In this document: in pieces, positions 24,101-36,100 of the stretch
How positions within the stretch are numbered: position 1 is the first letter of the stretch
Layout: every line of letters begins with the position of its first letter
Assembly (NCBI GenBank): GCA_024137785.1
Contig: JAHRHZ010000061.1
Span: forward strand, 1,556,622 to 1,620,621
Direction of reading: 5' to 3'
Origin: Ginglymostoma cirratum
Lineage: Eukaryota
DNA: 64,000 bases
Notes under the pieces: generated by a model
Database searches by the model: none
Told to the model about the DNA's origin: nothing
Seen by the model: only the letters and a program-made list of their open reading frames with translations
Position numbers and translations under genes: made by a program

Positions 24101-27100
24101 ATGCCAGTAACGTGATGTCGAATCTCTTGGAGTCGGGCTGTTCATTGTTAGGTGGGTAAAGTAAGCTCCATTCACCGGAGTTAAGCACAGACCGAGATGA
24201 ACCCTTGTGATATGGCTCCAGAATGCGTTTATTTTTCAGTAATTCCCTCTTCAGTATCTGAGGTGGTAGAGCCCGATCAAATATCTGCAAAAGGACCTCA
24301 GTTCCCTTTATTATTAGTAGATGAAGGAGACGGTAAAATAAGGAATAATCCATGTTCTGGGAAAGAGGATCCGCAGGCAATATAGTTCCAAAATTAGGGA
24401 CATGGCCTTTGTCTAAATATCAGGAAGCATCACATTAGTGGAAGAATAATCAGCTTATCATTATTTTATATCATACACGTAAGTAACATAGTTATAACTT
24501 TATGATTCCACAAAGGTCATGTACAAAAGAAAGTTAACGAAGAAATCTGTCATTTTCAGTTAATCTCTACTTTTGAATGCACACGTAGAATACAAAATTT
24601 ATCTATGGAAACTAAGCCAGCTTTCAGCAAAACTAGTATATTGTTTATTCATTTACTTCTGTTAATTCCGCTCATAACCTACAGTAAAAGATCAACAGAT
24701 TAAAAAACCTTTCAATTACACTGATCGCGTTAAATGTGCTAGCTGTTCCATGGTCAATATAGCATAGAAGCTTTAGCCAATAACACTGAGGCTTGAAATG
24801 AAACTGGGAATTGCTTCCAGTTTGAATGACAGCAGTGTCCAATCGTTTCTGAATACAGCCTTAAGTCTTCAACCTGTCTCCACTTGCATACCTTACTCTG
24901 CATCACACACTACCTCCAGCATCCACAGTATTTTGCAAGACTGCTGTTGTTATGTTCTGAATAAATATAGAAAGGGGGATTGCTGAAAAGCTGTCAGTGT
25001 GAGTGATGTATGTTTCATCACAGGAAACAAACTCATCCAAAGGCCACTTTCACGTTATGTCATTCCTACTTGTTAAAAGGCCTGAAGTCTGCTACTGCAA
25101 TTCTTTGCTTCAACTGTTGCTGCTCTCTGATTTAATCCAGACAGTCATTCTCTCATGGGTCCATGATGCTGGTACCAAACTACTGTCAGGGTCAGGAAGG
25201 GTCTCATGAGCTAATGCAAGTCCAACCTCTCTCCTCAGCCCTCCTCCAAACTGGAAATGTACCCTAGTCAAAAAGGTGGGAAATGGCAGAAAGTCTAGGC
25301 CATTCTGTTCATGGAAACAGAAACACTTTTCCCTATTTTGAGAGTTCTAATTTGACAATCCTTGACTGTAGATAATGAGCTTTTGTAAGAGTACTTTATT
25401 AAAGCCTTTAACAAGGTTCCACATGGAAGTCTAATGTCCTTTAGGGAAGGAAACTGGAGGCCTCACCTGGTCTGGCCTACAAGTGACTCCAGACCCACCG
25501 CTATGTAGTTAACTCTTAACTGCTCTCTGGGCAATTACGGATGGGCAATAAATGCTGGCTTAGGCAGTGACCCCTCATCCCGAGTGAATAAAATAAAGAT
25601 TCAGGGTGAGCTCGCCAACTGGATACAAAGTTGACTTAACAGCAGGAGACAGAGAGTGATGGTGGAGGATTGTTTCTTGGACTGGAGGCCTGTGACAGTG
25701 TTTCACAGGGATCGATGCTGGGTCCTCTTTTGTTTGTCATTTATACAAATGACTTATTAATCATGCTTTCTCTATTCTCATCTAAGTTTGCAGTGACACC
25801 AAAAACAGTGTAGTGGACAGTAAAGGAGGTTATCTAAGATTACAGCGAGATCTTGATCAATTTGGTCAATAAGCTGAAGAGTGGCAGATGAGCTTAATTT
25901 GGATAAATGCAAGGTATTGCATGGTGGTAAAACAAACAAGGGCAGGGTTTATACAATTAAAAGTAGGGCCTTGGGTACTGTAGTAGAACTGAGGGACCTA
26001 GGGGTACAGGTACATAATTCTTTGAAATTTGCAACACAGGTAGACAAGGTGGTTAAGAAAGTGTTTAGTATGCTTGCTTTCATTTTTCGGACCTGTGAGT
26101 AAACGAGTTGGGACATTTTGTTGAGTCTGTACATGACAGTAGTGAAACCTCCTCTGGAGTACTATGTCCAGTTCTGATTGCCCAGTTATAGGAAGGATAT
26201 CATTAAATTGGAGAGGGTTCAGAAGAGAATTACCAGGATGTTGCCAGGAATGGAAGGTTTAAGTTATAAAGAGATAGATTGGGTAGACTGGGATTGTTCT
26301 CCCTGGAGTGTAGGAGTTGAAGGGTGACCTTATAGAGGTTTATAAAATCATGGGGGTATTGATAAGGTGAATGGCAGGTGCCTTTTCCCATGGGTGGCAG
26401 ATTTCAAAAGTAACAGGCATATTTTTAAGGTGAGAAGAGAAAGATTTAAAATGACATGAGGGCATTTTTGTTTCAAAACATAGAGAATGGTTTGTTTATG
26501 AAATGAATTTCCAGAGGTGATGGATGGGAGTACAGTTACAATGTTTAAAAGACATTTAAGTAAGTACATGGATAAGAAATGTTCGGAGGGATATGGGCCA
26601 AGCACAGGAGGAACTAGTTTAGGTTGGGATTATTATTGGCATGGACTGGTTGGACTGAAGGGTCTGTTTTGGTGCTGTATGACTCTAAGAGATAAATTGG
26701 ATAGGTGGAGTGACATAACTGGTGAAATCTTACCCCTCAGTTTCAATTTGAGATCACTCAACAGCCTCATTATGAATACACCACACCTCAATGGCACTGT
26801 GCTTACCAGCAGCAGAAGTATATGCCTCTGCCAGGACCTCCTGGGATTGGTCTTGCCTGTGCCAAATTTAATGCCCAGTTTGTGCACCAGGTCAATTGCT
26901 GCCAGCAATGAGGAGTCCTTCACAGTACATGTAGTGTGAGGAAAATGAAAAAGAAAAGTTTCAAAGGACATAAGTGGATTAGGAGAAACCTCTTTGGAAA
27001 TAAAAGCTCACATTTGTAAATGTATTGCTACTTTACATCATCTCTTGTCTTATCAGCAGCCTATAGTGACTGCAGCTGCTAGAATCAAGTTAAAATGGCC

Positions 27101-30100
27101 CCCCGTCCTTTGTGTCACACCATGTTAAAACCTTAAGGGAGTGCCACACTTTTCTCAAAAGTCCAGTACAGCATAACATCTTGATATTATTCAATGTAAG
27201 AGTATTACATGCTGGAAAGCCTTCAGACTGTTGTAAACATCATTTTTTATTTTACACCAAGAAAGGCAAAGAAAAGAACAAACAAAAAAAAGCTTCATTT
27301 GTTTCCGGGAGTGCACAGGAACTTGCCTTTCAAGAAACAGCAAATTTTCAGTCAATGAATGATCACTGCATCCCATTCAAATCTGTTGGAAGAGGGTGTC
27401 AACTAAGTTCTGAATGGCTTATTTGTCTGAAGCCGCAGCGCTCTATCATGATGAAGGTGACGTTCCTCCAGCTCAGTGACTTCATCTTCCTCCTAGGAAA
27501 ACTGCTGCTGCTCTCCCAGCTCTTCAGCGACCATCACACCCCCTCCTGTCTGCGCTAATTGCACAAAGCACAGCATTCAAGGATTATCTGGCAGACTCTG
27601 TCTAAACGATATTGCAAAGCTCCCACTCCCTCCACTGTTTCCTCTAATTTTCTCATCAACTACGCAGGCCACTGAGGCCCACGTGCAACAGTGACTTCCA
27701 AAAGTGTAACTGCACAGCTTAGAGGAAACATTTGGTCCATCTACCCTGGACCAAACCAAGTGTTGGACCTTGCCTTCACAAGGCCTAAGATCAACTCAGG
27801 CAAATGTATTTCACTGTTAACTGATCCTCTGGACAATTAGGGATGGGCATTAAATGCTAACCTAGCCAACAATGCCCTATCCAGTGAAAGAATAAAATAA
27901 ATGGTTCTGGCGGAAAATTGGTCTGGATTGTAGCTACACATGCCCTCAGTTAGGGAGTTGTGCAATGGAGTCATCCACCATGGTTGCAAATGGAAACCCT
28001 TGTCTCCCAATAACCATCTTGTAAAAAGTCATTAAATGAAGCACAAATCTGAGAGTCCTCAAGGATATAAGCATTATGGCAAGGTGGTGCAGATCTCCAA
28101 GATGTCGTACTGATGATCACAGATGACTTGTAAACTGAAGGAATGGAACCTTTTCTTGTTAATGAAGTTGGCAGCATTACGATGTGATAGCCACAATGCA
28201 GTGTGTGCACACTCTATAGTTCCCTGCACCTGGGCTAGGTCAGCTATGTTGGCAAAGCCTACTCTCCAAGCTTTGACCTTGTCATAAAGAAATGAGATGG
28301 CGTGTGTGATCTGGTGCAAATTGCCTTGATACAGGTGTGGGTTGAGGATTAAGAGATCTCATACAGGTCCACAGTAGATCCTTGAAAGCAGCTAAGTTCA
28401 TGAATATTTAGCACAGTTGTCACCCTATTGACCACTACTCCTTCAGGTCACAGATCCTACTCCAGAAGATGGCATACTTCTGTGACAGTGTCCCAGGACA
28501 TTCTCGCTCTGTGGAAGCAACACATCTCACTCATCTGGAAGAAACTGCATCATGAATGACAGACTCTGCACCTCTTCTGCCTCCTCTACATCATGAAGGG
28601 ATGTTCAGCTGTGGCTTCTTCATGTGGAGGCTATTTGGCTGCTGCTGGTCCTCGGCTTCCTGGCACATTTATTCTCCCCAACCTCTCTGCACCTGACTGC
28701 TCAGTGGTCACAGCGATGATCACACTTGCTATGGTTGGATCCATTGGTTATGGCTCCAAGGAACCTGCATGGGGAATTTCAAAAGCAAAGTGGGTCATTA
28801 GTAATGTGAGCAGTCAGCATTAGCATCTCATGCAAATGATGGTTAGGCATGGCCCTCCATGCCATCGCAACATGGAGGGTCCTGACAAGGAGAGCCACGG
28901 AATGCCTCCCCATGGATCTTGGACATAATGGATTCTGTCGCAATCTATGCAGCACAAGCCAAGCTGTGCAAATACAGTAGAAGATTGTAAATTCAAAAGT
29001 GATCATAAAAACATTGTCACATCATCCAAGAAAAGCAGTATTATATATTAGCAAATACTTACAGTTCATGGTGAGAAGAAATCAGCTCCATTCCAGCGTA
29101 GAGCCCAGAAGACCTTGGATTGTCTTTGTGAATTATGGCTCGCAGATGACTCTTTTAATGGTGTTTACTTCACAGAGATGACTGTGGTCAGTTATTAATG
29201 ACTAATCACGTGGCCTAGATTGCTTGTGACCAGAATACATATTCCACACAGTTGAACACTGCACTTGTTTCCCATATATGATGCTACAAATACAGATGTC
29301 TTCAAAGATACCAAAGAACTTCAGATGCTGGAAATCAGAAACAAAAACAGAAATTGCAGGAGAAACTCAGTAGGTCTGGCAGTATCTGTGAACAGAAAGC
29401 AAAGCTAATGTTTTAGGTCCACTGACCCCTCTTCAGAATGAATGTCAATTCTGAAAAAGGATCACTGGACCCAAAATGTTAAATCTGCTTTCTCTCCACA
29501 GATGCTGCCCGAGCTGCTGTGTTTTTCCAGATGGCTTCAATCTATATGGAGTAAATACCTAAGTAATGCAATTGGCCCTTAAAGGGCCTGACTTTGTTCA
29601 CAAATAGAGCCTGTGTCCAGAGGCCTGTTGGAGCAAGCAGCGAGCTCACTTTCATATTGGGACTTGTTGCCATCCAATTTTTCTCCAGTGTGTAGGGAAA
29701 TAGGAAATTGCATAAAACCGCTGTGATAATAAGATGGTAATGCACAAAAATAGGCCTCTCACCAGCTAGAGTGTTATCTCACTATTCAGATCTTGGGTGG
29801 TAAATTGGGACATTTCTTCTTGATGTTGAGTATCTCAACTTTCCAATCTCATGATATTTTCACACTGTCTTGCCATTGCCCAAATTCCCAATTCATCAGA
29901 TTCCATCCCCAACCTGGGGATTCTCTGCTCAGAGTAAAACAACCCCTGGTCTGAAATCGCTGAATCGCTCCTGCCCACGCAACATCCTGCTGAATCTCTT
30001 CTGTGCCCACGCTAGTGCAATCACATTCTCCCATTGGTGTTGCAACTACAATTGCACACAGTAATCTAGCTGTGGCCTTACTAACATTATACACAGGCCC

Positions 30101-33100
30101 ACCACAACCTCCTTGCTGTTGTATTCATGCCTTGCCTAATAGAGGCAAGTATCCCATATGTCTTCCTAACCACCTATTTCTGCCTTCAAGGATTTATGGA
30201 CATGCACACCAAGGTCTCTCTGATCCTCTGTACTTTAGAGTGTGCCACCATTCAACAGGTTAGTCTTCCAAAAATACATCACCTCACACAGGAATAAATT
30301 ACATTTGCCATTGTTTGGCCCATCTATACTATCCTGTAGTAGATGGATTTCCTCCTTGCTCTTTACCAAACCAGCAATCTTCACGTTATCTGTGAACTTA
30401 CTGATCATATATTCATGTCTAGATCATTAACTTATAGAACAAAAGGCAAAGGATGCAGCACTGAACGCTGTGGTATGCCAGTGGACAGAGGCTCGCTGTT
30501 ACAAAAACACCCTTTGACCATCACCCTCTATTTCTTGTAGTAAACTCACTTTGGATCCTACTGGACAAATTGCCCTGTATCCTATGGGCTCAACTTCCTA
30601 GCCAGTCTCCCATACAAGACCTTATCAAAAGCTTTACTGAAGTCCGTGTAGACTTCATCAACTGCACTAGCCTCATCTACACACTTTGTCACCTGTGTGA
30701 AATACTTGATCACATCTGTAGACATGATCACCCCTTTACAAAAGGCGATGGCCTAGAATATTATTGCTAAGCTATTAATCCAGAGACCCAGGTGATGACC
30801 TGGGGTCCTTGGTTTAAATCCTGCCATGGAAGATGGTGGAATTTGAATTCAATAAAAATCTGGAATTAAGAGTCTTATGATAACCATCAGACATTTTTTC
30901 GATTGTCTGAAAAAAACCATCTAACACACCTGATGTCTTTTATGGATGGAAACTGCTGTCTCTACCTGGGCTGGACTACATATGACTCCAGGCCCACAGC
31001 AATGTGGTTGACTCTTAACTGCTCTCTGGGCAAGTAGGGATAGGCAATAAATACTAGCCCAGCCAGTAATGCCCATATCTCTTGAAAAAAAAAAGCAACA
31101 CTGACTATCCTGATTAATCCTTACCCTCTTCAAGTGGAGATTAATTCTGTTCCTCAGAATGTTTTGTAACAGCTTTCCTACCACAGATGTTAGATCACTG
31201 GCCTGTAGCTTCCTGGTTTATCCCAGTCTTACATTAGACAATTACTTCAAAGAAAATCTAACTAACTAACTTCAAAGAAAATCAGGCAACCACTTTGGAG
31301 GTGGCTTAAAATAGATTTAATTGATTGATATCGTGAATGAACAGGCTGTCGTATGAAGATAGGTTAGACAACCTGGGTTTGTCTCCACTGGAGTTTGGAA
31401 GTGTGAGGGGTGACTTGATTAAAGGCTTAATGGCCTTGATAAAGTGGACAGGGAAAGTATGTTTCCTCTGTGAGTCAGTCCAGAACTAGGGGGCACTGTT
31501 TAAAAATTAAGGTTTGCTCTTTCAGGACAAGAGTTGAGGAGATTTTTTCTATCCCAGAGGGTGGAAGATTTTGAAGCTCTCTGCCTCAGGTGGTGGAGGC
31601 AGGGGCATTAAACATTTTAAAGACAGAGGTGGATAGATTCCTGTTAGACACGGAAATCAAGAATTATTGAGGTGGGTAAGTTGTCATGTGAAATTCAAAA
31701 TACATACAGACCATCCATGCTCTCACTGAATAGCACAGTGGGCTTAAACTTGTGCTCCTATGTTTGTATGCTCATTGTTCTCAATCTAAAGCTGGCACCA
31801 CTTGCTTCTGTCTGCCTGAACACAGATTACAGAGTGTTGTTCATGTGTCACTTTTGACATATTAAAAATTAAAGATTAGTTGAGTGTCAGAACAAACAAA
31901 GCGTGCTGAAATTGTGATGTCTTCTTCAACTTACTGAATTTCTCAAACTCTCGGTTAAATTCATCAAACAAAGGCTTCAGTTTGGGTAGCCGATCTTGTT
32001 CTTCACCCAGGGCAAATACGAGCTCTCCCATCTTCCAGACATCTTTGTGACTAGTCATTTGTTCCATCAGCATGTTTGGTCTTTGTTCAGATGGGGTTAC
32101 AGCTAGCACCTTTATTTCTTCTTTACTTAAAGCTTTTCTTGAAAGCAGCTTTTGAGCAAAGTTGAGGAGATTTTCCATATCATAAAGAATCTGGATTATA
32201 ACATTTTTGTAGCTATACAGGAAGCACAGGCTACACTGATCACCTAAAAAAGAAGAAAATAACTGTTTGTACGCAAATCAGGTTTATTAGGAAATCTCAT
32301 TCAGGAGGAGGTGAATGGCCTCCACTAGCCGTTCAAAAGGAGCTTGCAGCTCATCATCAGACAATTGTTCAGAGGGAGTATGACTTTGCAACTCAGTCTC
32401 TGAAAAACTGCATCAACTTTTTCCATTGTTTGGAACAAACTGCCAGGTCTTAAACCAAACAAGAAAAATGAGATTAAAAAAAGAGGATTCCTAAAATAGA
32501 AAGGAAAAATCAGATATCGCAAAATGGACTGTTAATTCACCACTAGCCGAACTTGCATGGCTGGTATTAACCAATTACAGATCCTGAGCCAATTAGAAAA
32601 CATTATAGCAGATGAATGTTTTTAAAAACATGCTACTTTAGGAAACTAAATGGGTTGAAATAGTGAGCACCGCTAGTATCAAAGTACAAGAAAAAAATAA
32701 AAAGTGAAGTGATAAAAGCTGTCACAACAGAAATCTCAAAACAGATTATGTCACAATTATCACTGATATCAAGGAAACAGAAGCTAGGGAAAATTCTACA
32801 GCTGGTAACAATATTGCTTTTAATGGTAATGGTGTTTTAGAATGAAAGACTGCTGTGAAACCAGATTTAGGATTGACATGGTATTTTGCAAGAAGGAAGG
32901 CATGACCGAGATAAAAAATAAGTCTGCAGAAATCATCCGGAAGCAGGAGGAAAAGCATCCTGACCACCTGGTTTGAACCTTCATCCTGAAAGGTTTCCAA
33001 AATCCATTTACACCAAAAGTGTTATTCTATTTAAATAATTAGCTCAGTGGAGGCCTTTAAACTAAGATCAGCTCAGCACAGGGAAAATTAAAACTCTAAT

Positions 33101-36100
33101 CTTACCCAGTTCCAAAATATAAGGTATCCATTCCTTTAGTTCTCGGTGATTAGAAAGATTCTCATCTTTAAACGTCATTAAAAATTGTCGGATTTTAAAA
33201 TTGCAATTCCACTCCAAAACATGGTTTACAATCATTTCTGCAGTAATTTCACTGTTTTTCTCCATAAATGCTTCTTTCAAATTACAACTGATTATTAGTT
33301 CAGGTATTTTTCCAGTTTCAACAATTGCACTTTCAATCAATTTTCTTTTCGTAGCGATTTCATGGAACAAGCGACATTTATCTGCAAAAAGCAACAGAAT
33401 TTGGTAGATTTTAATCATTCATTAAAAGTCACATTCATATTTATATACATATACATTTGTCAAGTAGACAGTATTTGAAAACCCAATATTTCACGTTTTC
33501 GTTGGAACATACCGTGATAGATAATATCAAACAACACCCCAACAGAGGTATCATACTGCTTCAGCATAAAGGCTAAATTTAGGATTATCATATTGTACAT
33601 CTTTATGATCTCTTTTATAAAAATTATAATCTTTAATATCTTTAAAGCTCTGTTTTTATTAAAGCATCATTTCCCCAAATTTCCCAAAGAGTTGCAACGC
33701 TCTTTGGTAAATCATAACTCATTTGATATGCATACATCTTCATCTGCATGATGGAAATTTATAAAGGAAAGTATTTAATATTCTGTTTATTATGCAATGA
33801 GCAAATTTCCTGGTAATTTCTACAAGTTTCCAATAATGGTATCAGTAGTAAGAGCACAGAAACAATAGCTATTTGTACCATAGTGACAGATAGGATAATT
33901 TTGCCTAGCTCTTCATACCTAAGGAAATGAAAACTACACCCTTTACATAATAAATGATAAATAACGAATGTAATGTCTTGGCAAAATGTTGATCCTAAAA
34001 GCATGTTTAAACAAATTCCTAGTCGTTATTTGAAGTATAGTATGATATGTGACATTTAATGTTTATTCAAGGAAATGGTTGATCCTATGGTTCCCTGAGC
34101 AGGCTATCCCAATCATTTCATAGAATGCTTTGTTGCCAGAACTTACAAACACCAAGATATAGCTTGACTGATGGTAAGAAAAGCCCTTCTGTTAGAGCCT
34201 TCCTACATGCACAACGTCTCAGCCCTCCACACATAGCCCTCGAGGTAACTAGTGTTACGGAAGAAACTATTGACCACCTACTTGTGGAATTTAGCTTTGC
34301 AAAAAGGTCAGGACAGAGGGAGATACAATGGCTTTTTGTCAAAGTTCAACACAGGCAGCCCTCCAGAGATCCAGGGGCAGAGTGGAGGTAATGGTATCGA
34401 CAAGATTGTATACAGAGAGTTGGTATGGACTTGCTGGTTTGAATGGCTTTCTACTGTATTGCAATAACCACATGATTGCAGTGCACAAACATAAACAGAA
34501 ATTGCTAGAGAAACTGAAAAGGTATGGCAGCATCAGCTGAGAGAAAATAGAGTTAATGTGCTAATCCAGTGTCCCTTCTTCAGTTCTACAGATGCTGCCA
34601 GACCTGGTGAGTTTCCCCAGCAATTTCTGTTTTTGTTTGTTTTAGATCTCCAGCATCCACCGTTCTGTTTTACTTTTATGACTGTAGAGTGCTCGTCATT
34701 GGATGATCATAAGCTTTCTTTCATTAACATGTAAAAATGTGATACCACATGAGGAGTTTTACATGACACGCATCTTCTTCCAATATTATTAAATCATAAA
34801 AAATATATTTTGGTTCTGTCTTCACAAAGGAGGACATAACTCACATCCCAAAATTGTTGGGGAACACACGGTGTAGTGATAGAGAAGAACTGAAGGAAAT
34901 TAGTATTAGTAGAGAAATGGTATTGGGGAAATTGATGAAATCAAAGGCCGATATATCCTCAAGGCATGATAATCTACATAGCAAAGTACTTAAGGAAGTG
35001 GCTCTGGAAAGAGCGGATACATTGGTGGTCTTCTTTACAGATGCAATAAACTCTGGAACAATTCTGTGGATTGGAGGGTAGCTAACGTAACACCACTATT
35101 TTAAAAAGGAGGTCAAGAGAAAACAGAATTGTAGACCGGTTAGCTTGACATCAGTAGTACAGAAAATGCTAGAGCTCATTGTTAGAGATTTAATAGCAGA
35201 GCACTTGGTGACAGGATTGGACAGAGCTGGCACAGATTTATGAAAGGAAAATCACGCTTGACAAATCTATTGGAATTATTCAAGAATGTAACTAGTAGAT
35301 GTTTTTTACTTGGACTTTCAGAAAGTATTTGAAAGGGTCTCCCATGAGAGATTCGATGTGAATGGGATTGGGGCTGGGGTGGGAGGTGTTAGTGTGCTGC
35401 CTTGAAGAACTAACTGGCGAGGAAACAAACTGTAGAAATAAACGGGTCATTTTCTGAGTGGGAGCCAGCGGGGTACTGCAGAGATCAGTACAAGGACTGC
35501 AGCTATTCACAATATATATTAATGATTTGGATAAGGAAACTAAACATATCATCTCCGAGGTTTCAGTCAACACAAAGCTGGGTGGGAGGATGAACTGTGA
35601 GTAGGATGCAGAGAAGCCTCAGTGTGACTTACACAAGTTGTGTGATTGCGCAAATGCACAGTACCTGAAGTATAAGAGGCATTATCCACATGGTTGCAAA
35701 AACAGGAAGGCAGTTTATTATCTGAATGGCAACAGATTGGGAAAGGGGGAGGTGCAACAAGACCTGGGAATCCTTGGGAATCCTGGGAATCATTGAAAGT
35801 ATGCATCCCACTACAGCAGGAGGTGGTGAAGATGACAAATGTGATGTTGGCCTTCATAGTGAGAAGATACAAGTACAAAACAATGGTACAGTGCCTTGGT
35901 GAAACCACACCTGGAGTAGTGTGCAGTTTTAGGTCTTCTTGTCATAGTCACACAGCACAGAAACAGATCTTCGGTCCAACCATAATCCCAAACTAAATGA
36001 GTCCCACCCACCTGCTCCTGGCCCAAACCTCTCCAATTCATGTACTTACCCAAGTGTCTTTTAAACATTGTAATTATTGCCTACATCCACAACTTCCACA

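Noticed and set aside
29063-29181. Possible extra minus-strand exon (ccacag...gtaagt)
   Set aside because: Stop codons in all three frames, and the flanking exons already join in phase.
31243-31285. Small local direct duplications (also ~3896-3920 and ~49740-49775)
   Set aside because: Ordinary slippage-type micro-duplications with no sign of function.
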